A stretch of DNA of 64,000 bases. Source: Octopus bimaculoides (taxonomy: Eukaryota). A model generated the notes under the pieces. The model was not told where the DNA came from. It did not search any database and saw only the letters and a program-made list of their open reading frames with translations. The stretch's first letter is position 1. Each line of letters starts with the position of its first letter. A program made the position numbers and the translations under genes. The stretch is taken from assembly GCF_001194135.2 (NCBI RefSeq), contig NC_068995.1:27915343-27979342 (forward strand), given 5' to 3'. Positions 23,495 to 36,262 of this stretch are shown piece after piece.

Positions 23495-24065
23495 AGCTGG
23501 ATCACATTGTACTGTTGAAGAATTCCAGAGTACTTTTGAACTTGATATCAATTTTCGTCATTATAATGGTGTTATCATGGCTATTAAAAACTGCCAAGCA
23601 AGGTTAAAGATAAGCAAACCTACTTATTTTCAACAACTAGATGATAATATAGCTATTTTAAAGCTTATGTCTGTTAAGAAAGGAGCCAAGCGTTACTATT
23701 ATGTTTTAAGCACATCTATGTTTGTTTAAAATCCAAACATAAATAAGAAGAGTATATGCTTGCTGAACTAGAATGGGAAAAAATATTTGTACAACCTATA
23801 AAGACAACAACGGATACTAAATTGCGTTAGTTTCAGTTCAGAATTATACATAGTATTTTAACCACTAATTCTCTCCTATCTAAGATCAAATCAGCTGAAA
23901 GCAACTTGTGCACTTTTTGTCAATGTGAAGTTGAGGCAATAACACACCTTTTTTGGTATTGTGAACATGTACAAGCTTTTTAGCAACACTTTCTTGAATT
24001 GCTGTATGAAAAATGCTTGCATGTTCACAACATGAACTTTGGCCTACAGCTTATTTAATAAAAGA
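23495..24065 (+). mobile_element. L1/Tx1-type LINE 3' end (zf-RVT region)
   Basis: EWEKIF...DTKLR*FQFRIIHSILTTNSLL...CTFCQCEVEAITHLFWYCEHVQAF. Confidence 0.85.
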
Positions 24066-24079
24066 TAAAAGCACTCATG

Positions 24080-24250
24080 CCATTGCTGCATGAATGCACT
24101 TGTGCTGGTGACACATAAAAAGCACCCAGCACACTGTTAAGTGGTTGGCATTAGGAAGGGCATCCAGCCATAGGAACTATGCCACAACAGACAATTAGAG
24201 TCTCGCCAGCATGGAAAACATATTAAATGATGATGATGATGATGATGATA
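24080..24250 (+). mobile_element. RTE 3' tail
   Basis: gtggttggcattaggaagggcatccagc...(gat)n. Confidence 0.8.
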
Positions 24251-24884
24251 TATGCAAGTGTATGTGGTTATGTAGGCGTCTTTAGCCTCGAAAGACTCTG
24301 AAATGGTGCATCCTTGAGAAAAACAAATTTGATTTTTGGAATCTGCATCCCGAAAACAGTGTTGTCCATAAATAATAATAAATTTGCTATGAGAAATAAC
24401 TCAACTTTTAGATCTACAAATCTTACACTCTCTTTTTGTCACCATCAATCTATCTCTTTCTATGTATTTGCCATACTCTTTGTCACACACTCCCTCCCTC
24501 TCTCTACTCTCACACATTACTTCCATTTTGTTTAAAACTACATTTTCTAATGTTTACTTTCATTTTATGACAGCTATCATGTACAAATCCTGTTTTCTGA
24601 TTGGGTGAAAATGATCAAACTTAAAGCATTTTTCTAAAATGTTTCAGGAATAAATGAACAACTAACTCGGATTTAGTGTGAAAATGTACATCAATATGCA
24701 TAATTTGAAAATTTTCTCTTAATTTAAAAATTTCAATATCTGTATCTGCAACAGAAAAGATCTCTCTCTATATATTTGTCTATCTCATTCATTTTCCCAT
24801 TCTAAACTTTCTCACTCTAAAGCATATTGCTCATGTTGAATATGTGTATGTTTGTCAGTGTGTATATATGCATGTGTGTAAGGA

Positions 24885-25660
24885 ATTTCATTATGGCGAC
24901 AGCATGATTTTAAAAAAGTATGTTGAAGATAATTTATTTAAATAGCATACCTTTCTGTTAGTAAATATGTTTTTTTCCTACACACACACACATGCACACA
25001 AATGAACTTACTTGGTGTAGGATGGGGGTTAGAAATTTAAATAACAAATTTTTTTGTTTTTTGCTTTAGTGTTCAGATTATTCTGTCAAGTGTAAAACTT
25101 ATTATTAATTCAGATTGTTTTGAATTAATCAAGCATTATCTTGTTACTTTGAGATTTTGATGATGTGATTGTTCATTTTTAGAATGACAGTATAGCGTAG
25201 ATGAGAGAGGCCAGATCTGACCAGTTTGAACATAAAACAGGTAGAATTATTGGGCCAGATGTGGCCGGTTTAAGTGCGAAAGACCATTACATCATCATTC
25301 CATAAAATGTATTGATGGTGAGAAAAACATTGAAAAGCATCAATACATGTCAGAGTGGTGAAGAAATGAGGAAGGCGGCAAGTGGTCATGGGATGTGCTA
25401 GAAAAACACAGCTAAATCTCCCTTGTCACACATCTTTTTGTCTGAAAATTATTTTGAAACTATAAACAGAAATAAATTGCAGATTCAGACTGTCTGTATT
25501 TTAAAACTATGATTAAACAAAACTTGAAAAAGAAAAACAGAATTTATAGTGGTGGTGGTGGTGATGGTGGATGGGATTAATGAAAAAATTAAAAAAGATT
25601 TCGCTATTGTTTTTAAATTGTTTCATTTTCTGTTTGAAAATAAAGGCAGTAGGCATTATA
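24885..25660 (+). mobile_element. Partial copy of the 43008-44111 foldback family, interrupted by a piggyBac MITE
   Basis: aagataattt...aatagcatacctttctgttagtaaatatgtttt matches 43525-43570, and acagctaaatctccctt matches 43803. Confidence 0.7.
25064..25283. mobile_element. piggyBac-type MITE, eroded ends
   Basis: Homologous to 31969-32187 in the opposite orientation. Confidence 0.75.
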
Positions 25661-25773
25661 ACAGTGATTGCTTAACAATCTATCACATTTATTCTTTAAA
25701 AAATATACTTCACTATTTAAAAAATTACATTTGTTTCTTCTCTTACTCTCTCTCTCTCTCTCTNNNNNNNNNN

Positions 25774-25819
<46 letters not shown>

Positions 25820-25969
25820 ACACTTCAAAATATTTAATTTTAATCGATTATTAAAATAATAGTGCTTGAAGATGTTGAATTGCTGAAACTAAATAATCTG
25901 TGATAAAACAGGAAGTTAGATGAAAATTTATCTTTTATTAAATAATGTTTGTTGTTCTTGTTCATTTAG

Positions 25970-26102
25970 ATACTCATCTTTATTGTTTCCCATGGAGATG
26001 TGTTTCATGGCATTTTGAGAGATCGCCACAGCTTGCATGATTTAGGTGCTCTACAAGAGCTGGAACTGGCAACAGCTGTTATCAGTAAAGTTGCTGTACA
26101 TG
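25970..26102 (+). CDS. NUP205: NUP205 exon, phase 0 to 1
   Basis: ttcatttag|ATA...CATG|gtaagt. Encodes ILIFIVSHGDVFHGILRDRHSLHDLGALQELELATAVISKVAVH (cf. LQFLISHSDTIQAILR...SLQELALLTGIISKAA). Confidence 0.93.
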
Positions 26103-26954
26103 GTAAGTAGATGAAAATGTTTCTTCTGAGAAGTTTAAAGAATTTCCTGTTTTTCATTCTTTCTAGAAGTCAATAATGAATTATTCAAGCATTTCCTTAT
26201 AAATATCTTTTGTTCATATTTACATTTTCTTTTGCACTCTGTGATTTGATACAGATAAACAAATACCAAATGACTATTTACTAATTCTTATCTTTAATAG
26301 ACAAGAAGAGTTATGACATTGAAATACTTTATTCAACCAAATTTTCTCATTTTAGCAACTTAAATATACTTTATACACTCCACTTTCTTTTTCTTGTCTT
26401 CTCTATTCCAACTCCTATATGGCATACTTTTTCTAAACTCTCTTCCCCTAAATTGCTTCATACAGAACTATTTTTTTCACTTTTATTTCCTGCTTCTAAT
26501 CTACAACACTTCATATTTAAACAGATTTTCTCCAATGTTGGAAGCCCTTAAAAGTTTATGGACCTAGTTTTTCCTTCTCAGTACTTATTGATTTTAGTTA
26601 CTGCTAATTACTATATAAAATTTCCTGATAAACTACTTAGCACTAATTTTTGTAGATCAAGCCTAAGGGCACACAAGTTGTCAACAAAAGGACCTGGTGT
26701 AATCCATAGATCTATCGTACTATGTTTCTCACAGATGACCATACATTGCTCACTGATATGCAATAGTTAATTACATCTGTTGTAAACTGGACATGTGGTA
26801 TCCTCTTCGCGATTTGTTTGTATGGCTGTAGATTCTGGTGGTAGCCACAACAGAAGCATATACATACAAATATAAACATCCAGTGACTTGCAAACATGCA
26901 CACACACACACACACATATGGATGCAGGTGTGGCTGTGTGGTAAGAAGCACACA

Positions 26955-28152
26955 GTATAAAATCTGAATAAACTGAAGGATGGTAAAATGTATAACTTAA
27001 GACAAACACTCCTGGAATTGAAAGCAGAATCAGACTTTCATATTGAAAGGGAAAAGCAGAGAGATGGAGAGAGAACAGAGCTGTGGAAAACATAAAATAA
27101 AACCCAAAATTTTGCAAAGGAAACAGCCACAATACAGTACAAAGTAGGATCATTGTTACAAGGGTATTTCTTACTGACCACAGACCCCCAAAATGCTAAG
27201 TGAAGTGCTCAAGAAACAGTTCAAAAGTGTATTCACCTCCCCACTGGGACACATGCAAATAAATAACCCAGCTGAGTTCTTTGACATTACAGCTTTGCAG
27301 AGGAAGGAGGTAACTATCAATTACATCAACATTGAGGAAGCCGTTTGTAACAGCAACTGTAGATTAAATGTGCTTAAACTCAACAACAGGTCCCAGTGGT
27401 TTCTCAGCTATTTTCTTGAAGTCATGTAAATAGGTTCAGCAAAACCACTTCAGATGCTTTTCCAAATTTTCTTTACAATGGTAAACCTCTTAAAAACCTA
27501 AGCAAAAGCATCATTATATATATGCTATTCATAACAGCAAAAGCAGAGCAGAGGCTAAAAACTACAGGCCCATCTCTCTGATTTCACATCTCAACAATGA
27601 ATCTTCAGAAGGAAACTAACATTCCTTGAAGAAAATAACTTGCTGAACAATACTCAACATGGTTTCTATTTAGAAAGAAACTGCCTCACACAGTTCTTAC
27701 AGTACTATGATTTTCTTTTGAAGCAACTACTCAACCATTCAGATGTTGATTTATTGTATCTTGACTTTACAAAAGCCTTTTTCAAGGTGGATCATGGCAT
27801 ATGTCATGAGCTGTGTCATGGCATGTGTCTTGGCATAGCTGGTAAACTAGGTGTGACTACATGACATCCTAAAAGATAAGTCAGGCAGTTGCAGCCAATG
27901 GTGACCTCTCTAAGGAAACACAAATTCTGAGTGGAGTTCCCCAGGGTACTCCACTACTGTTCGGAGCCATTACTGTTTACAAGAGCTCTCTTAGTCATGC
28001 CCACTGTCACTAGCTATGCTGGTGATACCAAATTATCACAAGCAGTAAAGAACTCTGATGATGTTGCAAACCTGCAGTGGGACCTAAATGCAATACACAA
28101 ATGGGATGAACAAAACAACATTCAGTTTAACAGTGGAAAATTTAAAGTGAGC
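26955..28152 (+). mobile_element. CR1-type LINE RT remnant
   Basis: EVLKKQFKSVFT, NYRPISLISH, LLNNTQHGF...CLTQ, VDLLYLDFTKAF.KVDHG, YAGDTKL...LQWDLNAIHKW...FNSGKFK. Confidence 0.9.
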
Positions 28153-28439
28153 AGGTAGCTCGCGAGAGCGTAAAAGAAAAGGGGGAAGAGAATGCAGTAA
28201 GCAGTAAACACAGATATATAGGGAAGCAGCAGGATAGTAATGATACAGTTGGCATGGAGAGGATAGGAGAAGGAAAGATATGACAAAGTGGTATTGGGGA
28301 GCAAGGGAGTAAGAAAGAGTGTAGTGCATGATGATATGTAGTTTGGTTCATTGGACGGGAAATGGGAGAGATTAGTGCAAGTGTGTGTGTGTCCTAGTAT
28401 GGCTACAGCCTTTGGGCTGAAATGCATAAAAAATGAGGG

Positions 28440-28827
28440 CTACAGTTTGCTGGTCCAGAAAATTAAAAGTTGCATATGAAAAACAAAAACTGCAAACCAG
28501 TAGAAACCTGACAGAAGAATTTTGGAGGAGATGAAGAAAATGTTAGAGTAACAGAAAACAATGAAGAAGAACATGAAAGATCACCTTGAGTATTCCATTC
28601 TCTGCAAAATGATCAGACAACATATAAGAAATGACTTCGAGAATTATTGACTGAAGAAATTGATGCAAGCTGTAGAGGATAGGAAAAATTAAAAAAGATG
28701 CAGGAGAGGGTTGTCATTCTATAGGTCAGAGGTAACGGCGCTTAATAACAAGGATGGGTTCATGGTAATAGACAAAGGGGAGATTGAGAAGGTATGCAAA
28801 ATTTTCTACACCAAAAGTTCAGTAAGC
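28440..28827 (+). mobile_element. RTE-1-like linker region remnant
   Basis: EYSILCKMIRQHIRNDFENY..KKLMQAVEDRK. Confidence 0.45.
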
Positions 28828-30490
28828 TAAGGAAATGGTGTAACTGGTGAAGGGAAGTCCTCAATAGCCCACACTTTCTCTGTAAGAGGTCTAATGCCTT
28901 CTTTGTCTATGATGTGGCCTAGAAACACAAGGGAGGATGTGCCAAAAGCACGTTTAGTTGGGTTAATCTGCACTTTATATTGGTTAAGGTGTTGGAAGAG
29001 TAGCTTTAAATGATGAGCATGTTCTTCAGATGAAGAACTGGCAATCAAGAGATCATCAACATATGCATAGATGAAATCCAGTCCACAAATGATTTCGTTT
29101 ATAAACCACTAAAAGGTGCTGGCAGCATTTCAGAGGCCAAATGGTACAGTCAAGAATTTGAAGGAACTAATTGGAGTTGTTACTGAAGTCTTCAGAATGT
29201 CGTCAAGGTGGATGGGAATCTGGTGATAAGCCCTCACTAGATCGAGCTTGGTAAACACAGTACATCCATGCAGTGAAGAAGCAAAATCCTAGAGATGAAG
29301 AAATGGATACCTATCGGGAATGGTGATAGCATTTAGACACCTAAAATCTGTAGGTCTCCAATCGCCAGAGTTCTTGAGGCCCATTGGCTTGTGGAAGGGT
29401 GGATAATTCTGAGCTGCAGCATGTGATTAAATTTCGCTTTGGCTGCTTTGAGCTTTTCTGGAGGCAGACAATGAAAACACAAAAATACTGGAGCACCATT
29501 TGTAAAGATAAAATGTTTTGTAGAGTGAGCAGGATTACTCACTTGGAAATTCAGGTTGGTGAGCTCCGGGAAAGAGTCTAAAATTGATTGATAAAGGTTT
29601 GCAGGTGCTGCAATAACAAATGCTGGGCTAATAATTGTAGTGCTGTCCAAAAACTGCTGCTTACGAACATCAACTATAAGAGAATAGTGGTGGAGAAAAT
29701 TCGCACCAAGGATAGGGTAAGGCAGGTCATCGATGATGAAATCTCTTCGCAGAGCCAAATCCAATGAAAGAGAGATTTGATCATACGTCTGTATGGACGA
29801 GTGGTTCACAGCTAACAGGGTAATTTCTTAACTGGCCAATTACTGCAGGCAGCACCAGAATTAACAAGAAAAAGTTTGTGCAATAATAAGTCCTTGACGA
29901 AGAATGCACAATTATGAGGGTGTGGACTGGGATCAGCTGTATGCTCAATGTCTTGCTGTGGTTTTTTCCTGACTTGGATAAGCATATGGTGGAGTACATT
30001 TCTGGGCAGCAGCACCAAAACGTCTATGATACCAGCAGTGTGTTGATGCAGAGACAGGAGAGAATGAACGTGATGTAGCTTGTTAAATCTAGAATGGCCT
30101 GTAGAGTTTCCGATTGCTTGAAATCAGGATCCGACAAGGCAGCTGCTACTGGAGACAGAGAAGGAGAAACAGCAGCATCTCTGTTGCCAGTTTACTCTAA
30201 TATCTTGTTGGCTGAAGAAACCAATTGATCCACTGAACTGACCTCCATCATAGGGGTGAGGATGGCATTGTTCTCAGATGATCCTTCAGTAAGTTCCCAC
30301 ATCCTATGAAGGAGTTGGGTTAGCATCTGGTCGCCCAAGTGTTCCTTGTCAACTAATGTACGAAAGCATTTCTCCGCTGAAAGCGAAGTCCTATGGAGAA
30401 CTTCACTCTTTATGGAAAAATAAGATGCATCCTATTTGTTTTGGTAAATATTTCTGAAAGAAATATTTAAATGTTTGGGTCACCAATGTA
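28828..30490 (-). mobile_element. Ty3/Gypsy (CsRn1-like) fragment: gag-pro-RT
   Basis: Minus-strand PBS tggtgacccaaac at 30473-30485 right after ...taca. FLVNSGAACS protease, [39 protein letters not shown]. Truncated within RT. Confidence 0.88.
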
Positions 30491-31342
30491 ACAGTAAAGC
30501 CAGTGTGGCATTACTTATGTAGGTAAAATCAATGTGACAGTAAAATTGCAATGCAAATGTCAAGTGCATGTTCATTTGTAAAGCAGGAGAAATATCAGAA
30601 GGCAGTTTAAATTATGACATTGTAATTTATTTGGTAACGGAAAAAAGCTAGCAAGTAGCAAAATATGTGTCCTGTATGTGTATGTATGTGAGTCAAGGAA
30701 ACCAAGTAAGTTACATTTGAAAAGAATGCTTTAGTGGTAAGTTGTGATAAGCTAGCAGTTGGAAGCTATTATGTGTTAGCTGAGACAAGAAGTAATCTCT
30801 CATTGTTATAGGTAGTGATGTGTTGTTAAGGACTGACAGTAACATTACTTGCAAAGTGAATTGGATGTCCATGGAGTGGTTGGCGTGGATAGCTTAAACT
30901 AATCAGTAGTTTACTGTGCTAAGTCAGTGAAACAAACAAGCTGTTCATATTGAAGAAATACTGTTAGACGTCATCATCCTTTCAATGACTGATCAAGAAT
31001 AGCTGTTACTTGCGATGAAATTGTCTGATAACTAACTAAAGGTGTGATTACTGCTGGACAGATGCCTACTGTTTGTATTAATACGAGGCAAGCTCTGATT
31101 AGCTGAAATTGCCATAGCACAACCGTGCTAATATGCGACAACAAAATAGAACTTCCTTGACTCACTACAAACATTAGGCCATATGTCTTCATAATTGAAT
31201 TAGACATTGTAAATGGTGCTTGTTTTCAGCTTCGTAGTTATTTACAATAGTTTCCATCATCAGACAAACACTTGAGTTTTACAGTTGTACTGCAAAAGCT
31301 TTTATTTTTCATCTTTTAAAGTACACATTCTATTATTTTCAG

Positions 31343-31606
31343 CTGAAGCAAAAAATTCAAATTTAGAAAGTAATGTGGGAGTGATGACTTCAATGGAATT
31401 TTATAGCCAAGTGAGCCGCATTCAACGGGAGATGCTTGGGCTACTCCAACGTTTTGTTTTGACTGAGAAAGTGCTGAAAGTTTTTCAAAACCTTGACACT
31501 AAGCCGACTGTTGATGGTAATGATATCAGAGCTGAGATTTCTCTTACCTATAAAAAGGTGATGACCAATGCTGTAGCTTATTGTCGTTTGCTCATCACAA
31601 AATCCA
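31343..31606 (+). CDS. NUP205: NUP205 exon, phase 1 to 1
   Basis: tattttcag|CT...TCCA|gtaaga. Encodes ...SMEFYSQVSRIQREMLGLLQRF...VMTNAVAYCRLLITKS (cf. LMELQGHIGRFQRQCLGLLSRF...ICANVMEYCQSLMLQS). Confidence 0.92.
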
Positions 31607-31968
31607 GTAAGAGCTCTTATTTTTTGTTTATATATTATCTTTAAAAGTCTACACTATCCCAGTTTCTCCTATTTTACTTAGAAATGTTTCTGTTAGTTCA
31701 TTGTCACCCAGTAAATATTGTATGTTTACTTATTTATATAAAGCACTATTTCCATATTTTTTTGACCTGAAAATTATGTTTACTCATACATGTGAACTAA
31801 TTGTTACCCTTTTTTGGAATGGCTTAAGTTATGTTTAGCATCTAAGCTAACTGACGTTTAATGAAGACCTACAATCACTATAATAATTTTACATTTTTCT
31901 ATGATAATGATCCTATAATGAATGTTCATTTTATCTTATACATGTGACTGTCAGGTCATATTCCTTAA

Positions 31969-32187
31969 CCCTTTAGTATTTAAACTGGCCATGTCAGGCC
32001 AAAATATTTAATCTGTTTTATGTTCAAACTGACCAGATCCAGGCTCTCACACCTACCCTACAATGTTATTCTACATTAAGTAATTACACCATCAAGATCT
32101 TGAAGATGAGATAATGCATGATTAATTCAAATCAATGTGAATCAATAAGCATATTATGTTTGATAGAATAATCTGAACACTAAAGGG
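31969..32187. mobile_element. piggyBac-type MITE, complete
   Basis: TTAA at 31965-68 and 32188-91. TIRs ccctttagtatttaaa / tctgaacactaaaggg. Confidence 0.9.
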
Positions 32188-32573
32188 TTAAAGTTGCTTA
32201 CTATTTTACTAGCTCATCAAAATAATTCACAAAATATGTAAGACCAAGACTGAAGCAGTAAAATGGTGAAATGTACATATGCCATGTGTCTCAGTTTGTG
32301 AATATATGCTGCTCCAAGAAGTTTTACTTCTTGAAATTTTTGTTTCATTTCCCATTATTGCCTGTTACATTTTAAAAATTATACTGCTTCTTTTGGAAAT
32401 TACTCTACATGATGTGTACGTGTGTGTGTGTAAGGAAAAATAAGAAAATGGAGATAAAATTGATAATTGATAAACATCAATTATTACTTATTGATTACAA
32501 AAAAAGACAATATCTCATCTAACAGTTGTTTCTGTTTGTGGTCAATAAAATTGTCCAAATTTTAGATTCAACT

Positions 32574-32778
32574 TTGAACCTTTGTATCTCAGGAATGCTT
32601 ATTTATTCACCTTGTTTTGAATCAATTATGCATCATCTTTCAGCTTTGAGATTTTCATGATGTGATTGCTTATTTTTAGGACATCGTAGAGTAAATTTGA
32701 GTGGTTGCATCTGGCTGGTTTGAGCATAAAACAGGGTGAATATTTAGGCTGGATATGGCCAGTTTGAATGCTAAAGGG
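32574..32778. mobile_element. piggyBac-type MITE, opposite orientation to 31969-32187
   Basis: Ends gatatggccagtttgaatgctaaaggg+TTAA (32779-82). Confidence 0.8.
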
Positions 32779-32989
32779 TTAAAGATAACATAATGGAATT
32801 ATTAGAGGTTTTTTTTAACACTATTGGACTCTACTTTATGCAAGAAAAATGTTGATTACTCTCCTAGCTCAACAGAAGAATCGTGACGAAGTTGTTCATG
32901 GATGAAAATGACATTTTCATAAATAATTAATCTTAGCTCAGGATTAGGAGCTCATAAAGGATTGGAATAAAGTTTGAGTAGAAGTTTCA

Positions 32990-34190
32990 AGCTTTATTTC
33001 AAAGTGCCAGAGACAATCCTGTCCAAAATCCTACTTGTTAGGCATCAACAGTTGCCCCACTCTTTTGGCAATGACTTCCTTAACCCTCTTCCTGACTGCA
33101 CCACAAGCTTTCTTAATGAATTCTTCATCAATGTCCTTGTTCTATAGATGGAGATTTTGAGGTCTTGCAGGTCACTGTGGGCTTCTCACAAGCTTTTCTG
33201 ACTAGTTCATTGCAGATGCTGAAGTCTAAAGGTTTCAAATCAGGTGTTGAAGGGGGCCAAGTGTCCTTATCCAAAAACCTGTTCCCAAACTCATCGCTGA
33301 GAAATTTTGATCCACTGCACTTGTGTGACAAGGAGCTCCATCTGATGGAATGTAAACTTGCAGTCCTTAGCAATCTTGTTGAGGTTTCCCTCATCTCTTG
33401 CCTCAGGATATTCAGAAAGAATCCATGTCTTTACAGCTTTCAAAATTTGAATATAACAAATTCTTGTCAGTCTCTCAGCCTTCTCAAACATGAGAGGCCA
33501 CACAAGTGAAAATCATCACTTTTGCAGGGTTTTTGCACCTGAAAATGATATTTTTGGCTCTCCCATGAGGATCTGAAGCCAGAACATGGCTGTTGCATCT
33601 GTTTGTGTGCATATCTTGGGTGCAAGTCTTCTCATCTGTATGTTTTACTTTGTTCAAGATGATCTTCACTTTCTCCAACCTTCTAACTTTTTGTCCTGGA
33701 GTAACAAGGTGCCTCACAAATCTCATGTACAATTTCATTTTGAAGTCTTCTGTCATCGCTCTTTGAACTGTCATAGCTAAAACTCTTCTCTCACATGCCA
33801 AGCATTTTATAGACTGAGTTGGATCTCTTCTGATTGACCTCTCAGCTCCAGATTGAAATGATAATCCTTCTTGCAATTATGACCTCCTGATCCAGTTTTC
33901 CTCTCCATTATTCCCTCTTTCTCAAACTTATTCACAATTCTCTTGATGTTTCTTGAATGAACTTTGAAGATGGAAGGCAGAGAATGAAATTTGGTAACAT
34001 TACTGAAGGCTTGGATGATCTTAGTCCTCTCAACATTGTTCAGTTGGGAGGACATGGTGAGGCTGGCATGAAATGATTTCAACCTGTTCTCTTTCCAGCT
34101 AAATATCTTAATGAGTATTTCATTGATTCTCACAAAAAACTGGTGTCAGTATGGTCAGATGTCTTATCTGGAAAACAGAAAATTGCAAAT
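32990..34190 (-). mobile_element. Tc1/mariner superfamily transposon (maT/DD37D-like), pseudogenised
   Basis: N-terminal HTH ...MERKTGSGG, HTDEK, KNPAKVMIFTCVAS, FTFHQ.GAPCHTS, WPPSTPDLKPLDFSI. Confidence 0.85.
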
Positions 34191-34228
34191 TGATTAGTTT
34201 ATTTGTTTTAAGTTTATATATATATATA

Positions 34229-34465
34229 CTGGGCTGGTGCATAATCATAGTGGCTTTCTTTTTCAACAAATTTTATTCAACAAAAGCAATAACAACATGT
34301 AACAAAAACATCTTTAAATGATTATTCCAGAGTATATTCACCTTCTACTTCAATTACTGCTTCCCATTTGCTTGGCAGATGGTCAGACCATCATTTAAAG
34401 ATGTTATTGTTTTTGTTGAATAAAATTTGTTGAAAAAAAGCCACAATAATTATGCACCAACCCTA
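34229..34465. mobile_element. mariner-derived MITE with ~70-bp TIRs
   Basis: ctgggctggtgcataat...ttattcaacaaaagcaataac is inverted at 34403-34465, with TA flanks. The core retains the mariner C-terminus (LPSKWEAVIEVEGEY*) on the minus strand. Confidence 0.88.
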
Positions 34466-34469
34466 TATG

Positions 34470-35235
34470 NNNNNNNNNNNNNNNNNNNNNNNNNNNNNNN
34501 NNNNNNNNNNNNNNNNNNNNNNNNNNNNNNNNNNNNNNNNNNNNNNNNNNNNNNNNNNNNNNNNNNNNNNNNNNNNNNNNNNNNNNNNNNNNNNNNNNNN
34601 NNNNNNNNNNNNNNNNNNNNNNNNNNNNNNNNNNNNNNNNNNNNNNNNNNNNNNNNNNNNNNNNNNNNNNNNNNNNNNNNNNNNNNNNNNNNNNNNNNNN
34701 NNNNNNNNNNNNNNNNNNNNNNNNNNNNNNNNNNNNNNNNNNNNNNNNNNNNNNNNNNNNNNNNNNNNNNNNNNNNNNNNNNNNNNNNNNNNNNNNNNNN
34801 NNNNNNNNNNNNNNNNNNNNNNNNNNNNNNNNNNNNNNNNNNNNNNNNNNNNNNNNNNNNNNNNNNNNNNNNNNNNNNNNNNNNNNNNNNNNNNNNNNNN
34901 NNNNNNNNNNNNNNNNNNNNNNNNNNNNNNNNNNNNNNNNNNNNNNNNNNNNNNNNNNNNNNNNNNNNNNNNNNNNNNNNNNNNNNNNNNNNNNNNNNNN
35001 NNNNNNNNNNNNNNNNNNNNNNNNNNNNNNNNNNNNNNNNNNNNNNNNNNNNNNNNNNNNNNNNNNNNNNNNNNNNNNNNNNNNNNNNNNNNNNNNNNNN
35101 NNNNNNNNNNNNNNNNNNNNNNNNNNNNNNNNNNNNNNNNNNNNNNNNNNNNNNNNNNNNNNNNNNNNNNNNNNNNNNNNNNNNNNNNNNNNNNNNNNNN
35201 NNNNNNNNNNNNNNNNNNNNNNNNNNNNNNNNNNN
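34470..35235. other. Assembly gap within the long NUP205 intron
   Basis: Run of N. Confidence 1.
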
Positions 35236-36262
35236 AGTACTGTTCTGACTTCATCTACAGAATTCATACTTTTTCTGTCCAAATGGTTTTAAAGACTGCA
35301 GAATAAATGATAATCAGATGGGGCAATGTCCGGGAATAGGGTGGGTGGGGCATTGTTTCCCATTCAAACTGCTCCAGCCTTTGGAATCTAATCCTTGCTG
35401 TATGGTTGTTTTTCTTCTAGCGCTGACTTAAGCTGCTTGCAGTAGATCTCTTTTGTTATTGTTTGGTTTGGGTTTAAAAGTTCTAAGTGGACTAAACCTT
35501 TTGTATCCCACCAAACAGATAACAACATCTTACATGGGTGAAGACCTTCTTTAATCTGGGGTGGCAGTGTTCTCCTTTCCCTACCAACTGTCTTTAGCAC
35601 TTGACATTTTTATAGAGAACCCATTTCTCATTACCAGTCAATATTCAGTTCAAAAAATGGTTCATTCATGAGACATGACAGCAAAGAAGAGCACATATTC
35701 ACTCTCTGTGCGCGATTAGACTCGGAAAGTTTGTGAAGAACCCATTGATCCAATTTGCTGATTTCTCCAATGGCACACAGGTGTTGATGAATGGTTGAAT
35801 GACCAAATCCAAGCTTCTTTGCTAATTCCTCAACAGTTACGATGAGATTTTGTTCCATCACGGTTTGCAGGACGTCCTGCAAACCTTCCAGATCTTCCAG
35901 GACAAGGCTTGTCTTCTAGGCTGTAGTTTCTAGCTTGGAATTTCTGGAACCATCGTTGACACTGGCTTATGATTATTGTCTGACCCTCATATACTGCATT
36001 AATATTCCTCACACTTTTTGTTGCATTGTTGCCTTTATTGAACTCATAAAGCAAAATATGCTTCTTTGTCACTTCCATTATAGCTTTGAAAAAATAACTG
36101 TTAAAATCGAACTGCATTCCTCAAAACTTGCACTAAGAATAAGGACAAGGTAAAATTATTACCTGCTTTTATAGCAAGTTGATGCAGTTATTTTATCCCG
36201 TCTCCCTCCGACTTTTATTTAATGCAATTGAAAAAAATCACATTATTTATGGGATGACCCAA
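35236..36262 (-). mobile_element. mariner transposon, degenerate
   Basis: TIR-like ttatgggatgacccaa+TA at 36247-36264. ILLYEFNKGNNATKSVRNINAVY...SLEDKPCPGR, WVLHKLSE, LLSVWWDTKGLVHLELL. Confidence 0.9.
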
